Origin: Ascidiella aspersa
Taxonomy: Eukaryota
NCBI GenBank assembly: GCA_963924565.1
Contig: OZ004610.1
Location: forward strand, 6,448,001-6,512,000
Direction of reading: 5' to 3'
DNA length: 64,000 bases
Part shown: piece by piece, positions 48,832 through 59,983 of the stretch
How the letters are laid out: every line of letters starts with the position of its first letter
How positions within the stretch are numbered: the first letter of the stretch is position 1
Made by a program: the position numbers and the translations under genes
Notes under the pieces: generated by a model
What the model saw: the letters and a program-made list of their open reading frames with translations, nothing else
The model's database searches: none
What the model was told of the DNA's origin: nothing

Positions 48832-51800
48832 ATGGCTCACCTTCGGAACCCTCTGCTATCAAACAAGCATGTGAAATACTCACCACTACATGCCAACGGT
48901 AAAGAAGCGTCAGTCAACATTCCATTGATGTCAATGGGGTCCAACAATGTCCACACTGAAGATGAGGTGGATTACAGCACTGTAAAAAAATCCTCGTCAA
49001 CCTCCTGGTATGACTGCTTTCGGGGTTGCTGTGGAAGAAGGTACACCCTGACAACGAGAAACATAACACTCGGTCAACACGATACAGCAACTTCTTATCC
49101 CCCCAACAAAATCTGCAACCAAAAGTACAATTTTATAACTTTTATTCCCAAAGTTCTGTTTGATCAGTTCAAGTTCTTTCTTAATTTGTATTTTCTCGTA
49201 ATGGCATGTTCGCAATTTGTGCCCGCTTTGAGAATTGGTTACTTGTACACCTACTGGGGCCCACTTGGCTTTGTTCTGTTTGTGACCTTGCTGAGAGAGG
49301 CAGTTGACGAAATTAAGCGTTATTATCGTGACAAGGAACTTAACTCTACAGTGTACAAAAAAATTACCGAGACCGGAGCGGTTGTTCGGGTCACGAGCTC
49401 CGAAATCAAAGTTTCGGACCTGTTGGTAATCGAAAAGGATCAACGAGTGCCAGCAGATCTTGTTTTGCTAAAAGCTTCTGAGAAAAGCGGTACCTGCTTT
49501 GTCCGCACGGATCAGCTGGATGGTGAAACTGACTGGAAGCTGAAAGTGTCAGTGTCTTACACGCATAACCTTGCCTCCTATGGCGATGTTTATAAATCCC
49601 AAGGAACTGTCTTTGCCGAAAAACCCCACAGTGACATTTACAGCTTTGTGGGTACCTTTTCTGTGATGGACGAGGATGGTATGGAGACTGAGGAATCGCT
49701 GGGTGTTGACAACACTCTGTGGTGCAATACTGTACTTGCTTGTGGCAGTGTGGTAGGTTTAGTAGTATATACAGGGTCGCACACTAGATCATCGATGAAC
49801 ACTTCTCAACCTCAGACAAAAATTGGACTGTTGGATAAGGAAATAAATACTTTAACAAAGATTCTCTTTGCTTCGGTCGTTGTTTTGTCCTTTGCCCTTA
49901 TTGCCATAAAGGGATTTCATGGCCCTTGGTACAGATACATGTTCAGATTCATTATTCTTTTCTCATACATCATTCCTATTAGCTTGCGTGTGAACCTGGA
50001 TGTTGGAAAAACAGTTTATAGTTGGTTCATCCAGAAAGACAGCTCAATTCCCGGGAGTGTTGTGCGTTCTAGCACGATACCTGAAGAGCTGGGTAGAGTT
50101 AATTACTTACTTAGTGATAAAACTGGAACTCTAACTCAAAACGTAATGGTGTTTAAACGATTGCATATTGGCTCTGTTGCATACGGAGTAGATTCAATGG
50201 ACGAAGTACAAATGCATTTAAAGCACTATTTCAGCACAGAACCTGACGAGGCGAATCAGTCGACGCCAAAATCTAAAGTCATCTTTTCCAAAGCAAAGCG
50301 CAGTTTCCAGTCGAAAACGATTGACGCCGTGCAGGCGATAGCCGTCTGCCACAATGTAACTCCAGTGTACGAAGAAGACAGCGCTCAAAATGAGGAAATG
50401 TTGAAAACCTACCAGGCTTCGAGTCCGGACGAGATCGCGCTTGTTAAATGGACGGAATCGGTCGGGTTGTCACTCCATAAACGAGACCTGACGTCCATTC
50501 AACTACGAGCGACCGATGGTGGCCTCGTCGACTTTTCAGTGCTTAACATATTCCCGTTTACGTCGGAGAGTAAGCGCATGGGCATTATCGTACGCGAGCG
50601 CAGCACCGGGCAGATCGTTTTCTACTTGAAAGGCGCCGACGCCGTGATGACTTCCATCGTCCAGTTCAACGACTGGCTGAGCGAGGAGTGCGAGAACATG
50701 GCTCGCGAGGGACTGCGAACGCTCGTTGTGGCCAAAAAGCCGCTGAGCGACGACACGTACCGCGAGTTCCAGCGCCGTTATGCTCAAGCCAAGCTGCGTG
50801 TCAGCGATCGTACGTCGAGCGTCAACGCGGTCGTAGAGTCATTAGAACGCGACATGGAGTTGCTCTGTCTCACCGGCGTCGAGGATAAGTTGCAGCACGA
50901 CGTGCGGCCCACCCTGGAATTGCTGTCCAACGCTGGCATCAAGGTGTGGATGCTGACCGGCGATAAGATGGAAACTTCCACTTGCATCGCCAAGAGCTCC
51001 TGCTTGGTGTCGCGCGACCAAGACGTGCACGTTTTCCAGCGCGTGGCAACCCGCACTGAAACGCACCTGGAGCTGAACACCTTCCGACGGCGCGCGCCCA
51101 ACACTGCGCTTGTAATACTCGGCGCTTCTCTCGAGCTCTGTCTTCAATACTACGCGGTCGAATTCGTGGAGCTGGCCTGTCTAGCACCCGCCGTGGTCGT
51201 TTGCCGATGCTCGCCCACGCAAAAGGCCCAGATCGTCACCCTCCTGCGCAACCACACCGCCAAGTGCGTGTGCGCGATCGGCGACGGCGGCAACGACGTG
51301 AGCATGATCCAGGCGGCCGACTGTGGCGTCGGCATCGTGGGCAAGGAGGGCCGACAAGCGTCACTGGCCGCCGACTTCTCGATAACACAGTTCGCCCACC
51401 TCGGTCCGCTGCTGATGATCCACGGCCGTAATAGCTACAAGCGCTCGGCCTCGCTCAGCCAGTTTATCATCCACCGCGGCCTAATCATCTCTGTGATGCA
51501 AGCCGTCTTTTCGTCGCTCTTCTACTTCTCGTCGGTTTCACTCTACCAGGGCTTCCTCATGGTCGGCTACACCACCATCTTCACCATGTTCCCCGTGCTC
51601 TCGCTCATCCTGGACAAGGACGTGAAAACAAGCGTTGCGCTGCGTTTTCCCGAGCTCTACCGCGAACTGCACAAAGGCAGGTCGTTGTCCCTTAAAACCT
51701 TTCTAATTTGGACGCTGATTAGTCTCTACCAGGGCGGCGTTATTATGTACATGGCGCTGCTGCTCTTCGACACCGACTTTATTCACGTGGTCAGCATTTC

Positions 51801-52074
51801 GTTCACTGCTTTAATCCTCACCGAGCTGCTAATGATTGCGCTAACCATCCGTACCTGGCACTGGCTCATGCTGGTCAGCGAGGCCTTTAGCCTTGGCATT
51901 TACGTCGTGTCGCTGGTGGTACTCAAGGACTACTTTGATCCGTCTTTCCTCACCACCCCCGCCTTTCTCTGGCGAGTGGCGCTGATAACAGCCGTCAGCT
52001 GCTTTCCGCTTGGCATTATCAAGCTTATTCGGCGCAAGGTTTCGCCGCCCAGCTATTCCAAGCTTGAAGAATGA
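48832..52074 (+). CDS. ATP9: P4-type phospholipid-transporting ATPase, class II (ATP9A/ATP9B/Neo1 family), single-exon CDS, 1080 aa
   Basis: Uninterrupted ORF with [51 protein letters not shown] and [13 protein letters not shown]. The C-terminal SPPSYSKL is typical of ATP9. Confidence 0.96.
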   Translation: MAHLRNPLLSNKHVKYSPLHANGKEASVNIPLMSMGSNNVHTEDEVDYSTVKKSSSTSWYDCFRGCCGRRYTLTTRNITLGQHDTATSYPPNKICNQKYNFITFIPKVLFDQFKFFLNLYFLVMACSQFVPALRIGYLYTYWGPLGFVLFVTLLREAVDEIKRYYRDKELNSTVYKKITETGAVVRVTSSEIKVSDLLVIEKDQRVPADLVLLKASEKSGTCFVRTDQLDGETDWKLKVSVSYTHNLASYGDVYKSQGTVFAEKPHSDIYSFVGTFSVMDEDGMETEESLGVDNTLWCNTVLACGSVVGLVVYTGSHTRSSMNTSQPQTKIGLLDKEINTLTKILFASVVVLSFALIAIKGFHGPWYRYMFRFIILFSYIIPISLRVNLDVGKTVYSWFIQKDSSIPGSVVRSSTIPEELGRVNYLLSDKTGTLTQNVMVFKRLHIGSVAYGVDSMDEVQMHLKHYFSTEPDEANQSTPKSKVIFSKAKRSFQSKTIDAVQAIAVCHNVTPVYEEDSAQNEEMLKTYQASSPDEIALVKWTESVGLSLHKRDLTSIQLRATDGGLVDFSVLNIFPFTSESKRMGIIVRERSTGQIVFYLKGADAVMTSIVQFNDWLSEECENMAREGLRTLVVAKKPLSDDTYREFQRRYAQAKLRVSDRTSSVNAVVESLERDMELLCLTGVEDKLQHDVRPTLELLSNAGIKVWMLTGDKMETSTCIAKSSCLVSRDQDVHVFQRVATRTETHLELNTFRRRAPNTALVILGASLELCLQYYAVEFVELACLAPAVVVCRCSPTQKAQIVTLLRNHTAKCVCAIGDGGNDVSMIQAADCGVGIVGKEGRQASLAADFSITQFAHLGPLLMIHGRNSYKRSASLSQFIIHRGLIISVMQAVFSSLFYFSSVSLYQGFLMVGYTTIFTMFPVLSLILDKDVKTSVALRFPELYRELHKGRSLSLKTFLIWTLISLYQGGVIMYMALLLFDTDFIHVVSISFTALILTELLMIALTIRTWHWLMLVSEAFSLGIYVVSLVVLKDYFDPSFLTTPAFLWRVALITAVSCFPLGIIKLIRRKVSPPSYSKLEE

Positions 52075-52977
52075 AGCGTTTGTCTTTTTCGTGCAGTTTA
52101 TTCCCTTTCTAATTTGAGCTGTGAACCATTTTCGGCACGAAACTTCATAAGCGTTGCTTTGTTTCATATTTTCCGCGTCGCTTAATTGTTTTAATTTGAT
52201 CTATCGCAGATGTCCGCCTGTTTTCAAAACGACACATTTCCGTCACTTGCCTATTTTTATCAAATGTTTATTGTTGCACCTTTATCACATACTAGTTATC
52301 ATAGAACGTTGAAGCTATTTTACTAATTTTGCCCTGTTCGTATACGTTTTTGCTAGAAATAGATTTATGTTAATAAAAGTTAATCCCTAATTAGCAAACG
52401 CTAAGTCAGATGTGTGAAGCAATTACGATCTGTGTTGCAATGACTCAATGTAAATAACTTGACTTAAATTAAGTCGTTTAGTTAGACTAATGACTTGAGT
52501 TGGACTTAAGTTAATGTGTCAAATAACCTCTAGTTAAGTTTCGGTATTTTCGTTAAAAAGTTTGCAATTACATTGGGTCATTTATCTCGAGTTATTTACA
52601 TTAAACGATATATAGCGTTTTTTGATTGTTTCGGGTTTGAATAATTTTTAGTTTGGTCTTCGTTCTTCAACCAAGTTTTAACAAAAAATCAATATGCACA
52701 AGAAAATGTTTTTTTCATCATAAAGCATACCATTAACCTGGTTCAAGAAGAAATAAATAGGGTGAAAAAGCAAAAAAAGTCTCGAGTTGCCAGCCCTATA
52801 TGCAAGTTGTTGTACAGTCACTTGGTTACTTCACAGTTCTAGTTGTTATAAGTATCTAGGCCTATGCGAGAGGCAGTTAAGCTTTCTGTTAAAATGAAGC
52901 AATAAAATCAGAGATGACGTGTGGGGGCAATCCTAGGATTTTAAGGCCTTAAGATTTTTAAGGTACGTCTACATGTT

Positions 52978-53256
52978 TTACTTTATTTTCTCCGTCCATT
53001 TATGTCTGGACTTCCGCCATGTGTCTTGTAGGTTTGAGTAATTTTGCAGGTGTTCCGCCCAAAACTGGTAAACCTTGTTGGTGCCTCGCAAGTGTGTTCG
53101 AGACTCCTCCGCACTAACACAATTAAAAAGGTGGCAAAAGACTGCCCTGGGCCAGTGCTTCGCAACAATTTTCACTTGTTTTACGCTAACAGGGTTATAA
53201 AAATTCTGGAGCACATCTACGAAAATATATTTAAATGCCGATAGACTCGTGGACAA
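52978..53256 (-). pseudogene. Possible decayed hAT transposase dimerisation-domain remnant
   Basis: Peptide VYQFWAEHLQNYSNLQDTWRK resembles the hAT C-terminal xFWxxxxxxYPxLxxxARK motif; the match is weak. Confidence 0.3.
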
Positions 53257-53658
53257 GTTCAGGCCCTCCAGCGAAGGCTTACTGTTAAAAAATTGAGATC
53301 AACCTTTTCCTTATCTTTCAAATTTTACATACTAAACGTTTTTTTCTAAAAAAGTCTCAAGCCACTAGTTCTGGTACCACTCTTTCAAAAGATGATGTTC
53401 TGACAATGCATAGAGGCTGGTTTATTGCTCTTTTAAACTAATAGACACACCGTGTTTACCGGAAAATTCATTTTTTTAAACACCACCAACATGTAATATT
53501 GCATTTCATATGACATTTATCAAATAAAATGACTTTTATAAGCAGTTAGAGCAGCAATACAAAGCCAATATGAAAACAAAGGCAAATACCATAGCACTAC
53601 AGATCACGACTGGAAAATTGTATAACAATGAATACGAAAAATTAAGATTGGTATAGTG

Positions 53659-54102
53659 AAGTGGTCGGCAAACTGTGGGCCGCAGAGCCATTTTTAGTGG
53701 GCCGCGAGTTACTTTTGAATAGCTTAGTGCTATAGTGTAGTTGTGGGCCGCGTAATAGTCGTACATTTATTGCACTTAATTTTAAAAGTTGGTGTGGCAT
53801 AGAATTTTAAATTGGCTCGGCTTGGAAAGGCCAACGTGCCAACTGTGGTCCTGGGAGCCTGTCCAACTATATTTTGACAACTTAAACTGTATGAAATTGA
53901 AAAAAAAATATCGCGCTACGCGCGTATGTTCTTTTTATAGTATGTTTTACGTTATGATATGGCAGAGTTTTGGGCACCAAGGCGCCGTGTTATACTTACC
54001 TTAAAATGAAATATCCTGTATCTGCCAGTTTTTCGTAGTGGGCCTTCCATAGCTGTTAAAAGAGTACTTTGGGCCGCGACAAAAAAAGTTTGCCGACCAC
54101 TG
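53659..54102. mobile_element. hAT-type MITE with GGGCCGC subterminal motifs
   Basis: AGTGGTCGGCAAAC...GTTTGCCGACCACTG; TSD gtatagtg/gtataatg (7/8). Confidence 0.85.
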
Positions 54103-54576
54103 GTATAATGTATCAATATTTTCATAAAAAAATAAATAACCCTATGGGAGAGGTTACTACAGCATCACTTTTTTACAGACTTGCTGCTACAACAATATAA
54201 AATTCGTTCTAATTTTACAAAACCGGGGTACGACTGTAGCACTACTAATTGCTGTACAAATAATAAATATTTGAAGTAACAAGACTTTATTCAACATGAT
54301 AAAATATAGCTGTGTGTTGTTTTGGATATATTTTTACAATGTTTTTTATTTAAAACTATAAAAAAGTTTATGGGTGGAATTAAACCTGTATAGGATCTCA
54401 CACAATTAACATATTTCTTTGTGCTATCAACAATATTCTGAAATTCTGTCCAGCATAATGGCATTTTTACAGAAAAAAAATTATTTTAGTCAAAGTCCAC
54501 ACCTATTGTTCTTCTAAGCTTTTTACATTTTAAACATTGAACTTTTAATATTGAAGAAATTATGTGTAGATATATT

Positions 54577-57416
54577 CTACAAGAAACCATTGTTGTCGAA
54601 AGTTTTTCTCACAATTTCAACAGCAGAAGGCTCAAGTGGTTGAAGTGGGGGACGGGGAATTCCCCCAAACAAACCGAACCACTCCATTGAAGATTTTAAA
54701 CCAGGAATTCCAAATTGAGCGGTAATCTGCAAAATACATTTTTGGGGATTTTTAACAGAAAAAAAATTGTCTTTCACATTTACAATTTGAACGATTATAT
54801 GGCACAAAAAATACATTTTTTTGGAACAATTTTTTTTGTTTTCTTAAATTTACACACAAAAATGAAAACAAAATTTGAACAATTGTTTAGTTTTTCTTAA
54901 ACTTAGTTACAAAAAATGTAGGTTGGAAAATGTAGCCTACAAATCCTTGAAATGTTGTACTTAAATGAAAAGGAAAAAAGTTACATTCCAACGAAATGGC
55001 TTACAGCTGAGTTTGGTGCAACTAATCGATGCTGCAATGGCTTTGCCTCTTTCCACCTTTCCTCCATACACAAATCATGCAGTTTACATACATCTTTTCC
55101 GAGCACGTTAGCAAGGGCACAAACCCCTCCCGCAGCACCAACTGCATAACTGGCCATAAGGAAGCCAGCCGAGCCAGCCAACACCTGGAAGCCTTCGCTT
55201 TTTCTTGTCTTGTGAATTATTCTGGCAATTCTTGTAATCTGCGATTAAAATGAAGCATGGTTTTTGTGATTGATCATATAAATTAATTTTGTTTGTGATT
55301 AATGCATATAAATAATATAATATATATTTTTTAATTTTGAAATTGGTCAATTAAAAACTACATTTTCTAAACTTGATATGAATCTATTTGCTGGACAATG
55401 GACATCCATAGACAATGTTTTACTATTTATCCCTACCCGACTTACTTTTTGGTCTGGCTTTGTACAGCTACTTGAGCCAAACAATTATTTGTGACCTTGT
55501 TTACAAACAACTAGTAAAAGTGGTGATGTAAGACATAAAAAATATTGTTTTGTTTCTTAAATAAATACACTTAAGTCAAGCAGCAACAGTCAAGGATTCC
55601 GTCAAATCACAAACCTAATGCTTATCTTGGTCCTAGTGTTCAAGTGGTTTACCTAAAATTTAACATGGAAAATTTTCAAAGATACATTGTACTATACCAC
55701 TTTAAGAGTACTTGTAAGATTTAAGGCGATGGACAATTAATTTTTAAATATTAAGTGATGGTATTAAGCAAGTAAAACACTGAATGCCATTTGACTAACA
55801 TAAGTATGTTTTTAAAGAAATATAATCATCAGAACATTTCATTGGTTTAACTCACATCCCCAGCGCTGTCTTTAATACCAATTATGTTTGGATGACTGGA
55901 AAGCTGTGCAACTGTTTCCAATGGGATTTCAACGCCTGTGTTAGCTGGAACATTGTACAGAATAACAGGTACTCTTGATTTGTCTGCAACCTGTAAATAA
56001 AAATAGTGAATAAATTATTTTTTCCCTAAAAGCACATTTGGTTTGTTTCATTAAGTCACTTTATCCGTTTGCAAAATTTTATTGGATTTCTAAAATTAGA
56101 AATCACTAATAGCACTACAATTCAGTTCAAAACAGCTGATTTAAAAAAATTATAATTAGGTAATCATTTAAAATAAAACTATTAAATTGTTTGATGAAGT
56201 TTAAAGAATATATAAAAAATCACACCAAACATGTAGAAAATGGGGCCATTTAAAAAACTTGTAAATTATAATAAATTATTTTATGCTTTTATATCTGTTT
56301 TTACTATGCAGTCTAAATTCCAACTAATCTTTAAGCAATGTAATATTTCTTTTACATTTTATTGTCTGCAATTTATTAATATGAAAGCGTTTCACTCAAA
56401 AGAAAACACAGCTTTATTATCTTAGTTTACAATCTTAACTTTATACCATTGTGTAATGCTGCAGAAGTGTAGGGTGTGTCATTTGATTCTTGTAGTACCC
56501 TGGTGTGACAATCAGGACTGCATCAGCGCCACGATCAGCCATCATGTTGGACATCTCAATTGTAGCACTGGTAGCTACATGTTAACCAAACATTTATGCA
56601 ACCAAGCAGTTAAACAAATAACAAAATATTTAGGTACACAATGCACAGATCTGTAATGTAGCTTGATACTTTTTACTCAACTATTAAAACGTTTTTATTA
56701 AGATGATGTTCATTTACTTGATCTTTTTGGCTTAGAGATTCATAAGCCATAAAAAATAGCTTTTACTTTAAAATATTTTTTAAGTATTTAAATATTGTAT
56801 TAAAAAAAACTAAAGACGAAGCTAAAATTCTAAAAGTTTATTTACACACATTCACAACCAGCGCCAGCTAACAGGAGTTTCTTCTTTGGCATAAAGTCTT
56901 TGCTCTTTTGAATCAGGTTCAATCTTTCTTGTGTAGATAGTAACGGGTATTCCCCATTTGATCCTTGTACAACATAACCTAAAATTGACAATTTATAAAG
57001 ATTTAATAATCAAATTGATACAAATTATATACTTTATTTATTTTGTTTAAAAAAGTAGTTTTCCAAATAAATTATTTCTGTGTAGAGAGTAGAGATGTAA
57101 ATAATTCTAGTACACCAGAATATAATGAGAATATTTTTAAATGGATAAAGGAAACTAAAAACGGGAATATTTACGGAAGTCCGAAGTTAACTGTTGTACC
57201 TGCAAATGAACATTTGTTCCAAACATCAAAATTATCATTTAATCTCTTGTAACATATCGACCCATCTGATGAAAACGGTGTGGGAATTGGTGGAAATATT
57301 CCGCTAATATCAGAACATGTGGATAGGCAAGCGGATGAAAATTTTAATGGATTGAAATTATTCTTTTGTAGGAGTGACGTTGCTTGCTTCAGTTGTCTCA
57401 CAAATATTTGCAACAT
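54577..57416 (-). CDS. HOGA1: 4-hydroxy-2-oxoglutarate aldolase, mitochondrial (DHDPS-like), 330 aa
   Basis: Exons 57416-57200, 56978-56850, 56574-56447, 55990-55856, 55238-55005, 54726-54577. N-terminal transit-like peptide, then [40 protein letters not shown] (Schiff-base Lys), [17 protein letters not shown]. Confidence 0.93.
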
Positions 57417-57443
57417 TTTGCTGAAAAACCTATGGGTAATTAT

Positions 57444-58411
57444 TAGGGAAGCTCAAAGTAGAATATCGAATATTCGAATCCAGATGGGATTCGAATCCAA
57501 TTCTGCCATTTATTTCGGGTAATTGGAACCGATATAATTTAATGTTTTACCGCCGATTGTTGCGCCTAATTGTACAAACGCGCGTGGTAACTTGGCCTGT
57601 CGCCGCGGCGACCAATTTATAGTGCTTGCTTTAAATGCAACCTCGTAGTGCAGTGTCAAGCGTTTTTTCGGGCGACCAATTACCGCGTCTCGCGATAACG
57701 TTCGTCTAATAATTAAGTGTCAATCAAGCGTTATTGGGCGAGCGACTAACGTGTAATGTCTGGTGTGGAGTTCGCAATTGCCCAAATGCGTTAAGTTGCA
57801 AAAGTAACATAGCGTTGCAAAACGTGCTGGCCGTCCACAAAATGCGCTATGGGGTTACTTAAGGTCAACTTTAGGCCAATATTCAGGAAAGTTATGCAGT
57901 TATGCACAACGCAATTGTCAAGAATTCGTTATGTCAATAATAACTTTGTATTCTTTGCAGTACATCATTTGACTGCATAACAGATCATGTTAGTCAAAAA
58001 AGAAGCAATAAGACCCAACAATGCTTTCAAAATCAGGACCGAATTGCTTAAGACTTCTGTGTGCAGTGTTGCATTTTCTCACTATTGGCAAAAATATAAG
58101 TTTTGGACACAACCTGGACAGTTGACATAATACAGTTTACACAACGGCTTCAGATGACAGTTGTTAAGAATGTTAAACATATGAGAGAGATTTTTTTATT
58201 ATATTGTACACATGTTAGAAAATTGTTTGGGCGATTTATTGCTGTGATTATGGGCCCTGTAGGGTAGATTAAGATTAATCCCTACCCCAAACAAAATCGA
58301 GGTTAAATAATTTAATAAAAGTATACTAGGATTCGAAATTCTGGATTCGATATTCTAGATTCGAAACCTATTATTCTAGAATACCTTGGGATTCTACTTT
58401 GAACATCCCTA
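57444..58411. mobile_element. Non-autonomous hAT element, 968 bp, immediately upstream of the HOGA1 ATG
   Basis: TIR TAGGGAAGCTCAAAGTAGAAT...ATTCTACTTTGAACATCCCTA; perfect TSD gtaattat (57436-57443 / 58412-58419); TTCGAA subterminal repeats. Confidence 0.92.
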
Positions 58412-59983
58412 GTAATTATGTCACTATATGGTTAATCTGGAAACACAATAACGAAGATTTATTGTAAGAATAGCATTTAACATTTGTGCAATTACATTTA
58501 CAACATCAAAATAATAATTCCAAATCGAAGACCATATAGTTAAAAACAACATTTAAAAACTTGTAAAAGAAGCTTGCTAATGGGTAGATGTACTTAGGAC
58601 CCCATTCAAAAACATCTCCAAACTTTGAATAAATAAATAAAACAACCTTTGAGGTGAATGTTTATATTTAGGGGATTTACCATAAAAGTAATGATATTTT
58701 TTAATTTTTTGTCTACTGCGGAATTTTAAAGAACAATTGAAGTAGGAAATGTATTTCATTATACAAACTAGTTACACAACTTTATATCAATGCAATTAAA
58801 GCCATAGTATATCAGATGTATATTTGCAGTGAAATCAATGCCTAAGAAATTGAAGTTAATAATTTTGATTAAATTTCGGTAATGGTAACTTTAGTTCAAT
58901 GTTTGGGCATAAATTGCTTTTTAACAAAATCAGTAAAATAATTCCATTTTTTAATTAAGTAATTTAAGGGAATAAACTTTCAAAAAATAACAATATTTCT
59001 AAGATTTAAATAAAACAATTTCTGGTAAATCGCCGCTGGGTGAAGCTTAAGCGGCACCCATGGCAACGCGTTACGCTCCTAGATTTAAGTTGCTCTTCAG
59101 AGTTCAAGTACAGCTATTTGCAGTGAGAGTCCACTAATAGTGGGTTCGAGGGCAACTTAAGTATTGGGTAAGAATGAGTGTTGAGAGACATGATTGAGCG
59201 TCCTACACATTATCAGTTAAAGCGTAGTGAGTATGTTGATTGGCTTATTTTTGCCAACAATTCAGTTTAAAGATTAAGGCTTGTTACTGTTACTGCTACC
59301 CGCGAATGTGTTACTGCTACCCTGTTAGGCAGATAATAGTTAGGTCGTTTTAAGCTACAGTTACATGATATTACAAAAACAAACTTGGTTTAATCAATAT
59401 CCTAAAAACAATACTGTACAGCATACAGTAGGTTCGGCCATCTCTTTGCGAGGAAAGTTACAGCAATATTTCCGTGATAAATCGTCAGCATCTTTATGTG
59501 TATGTTTTCATGAATATTAGACTTAGATGCTTACCTGCAATACATTTATACAACAGATATTTTACAGTAGTATTTTAAAAGAACTTGTGAAAATTCATTC
59601 CTAACAATGCGGGAACTCATATGGCTTTAAGTAACAAGTTGTGAACGTATAAGGCATCTGGACAGCATTACAGATGCGTTTTATATACCCGGTACCACAT
59701 CTGTCGTTTTTCATATTTTTACTGCACGAGTAATTAGTAAGTATATCACGGCGTTAAAAAGATTCTCGTGCAATTTTCCTGTGAAAAAAGACTGGATTGT
59801 TGTGTTCCTGGTGGTCCTACATAACTCATTTTAACGTTTTTGATGTTATACCCACAACAGGCAAGTAGAATGGCACATAGGTTAGAACAAGGACTCTGTC
59901 TCCGTCTTGCGTTGGCCGTGCTGTGAGCTGCTTATGTCAGAAAACTGCAATGCACCAAGCAGCGACCGACAGCAGCCAACGCA

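Noticed and set aside
50536-51431. Antisense and alternative-frame ORFs inside ATP9
   Set aside because: They are by-products of high GC3 and carry no recognisable motifs.
48832-52074. Bacterial horizontal transfer or contamination explaining the intronless, GC-rich ORF
   Set aside because: The protein is a eukaryote-type P4-ATPase of the ATP9/Neo1 class, embedded among host repeats, with an upstream splice acceptor.
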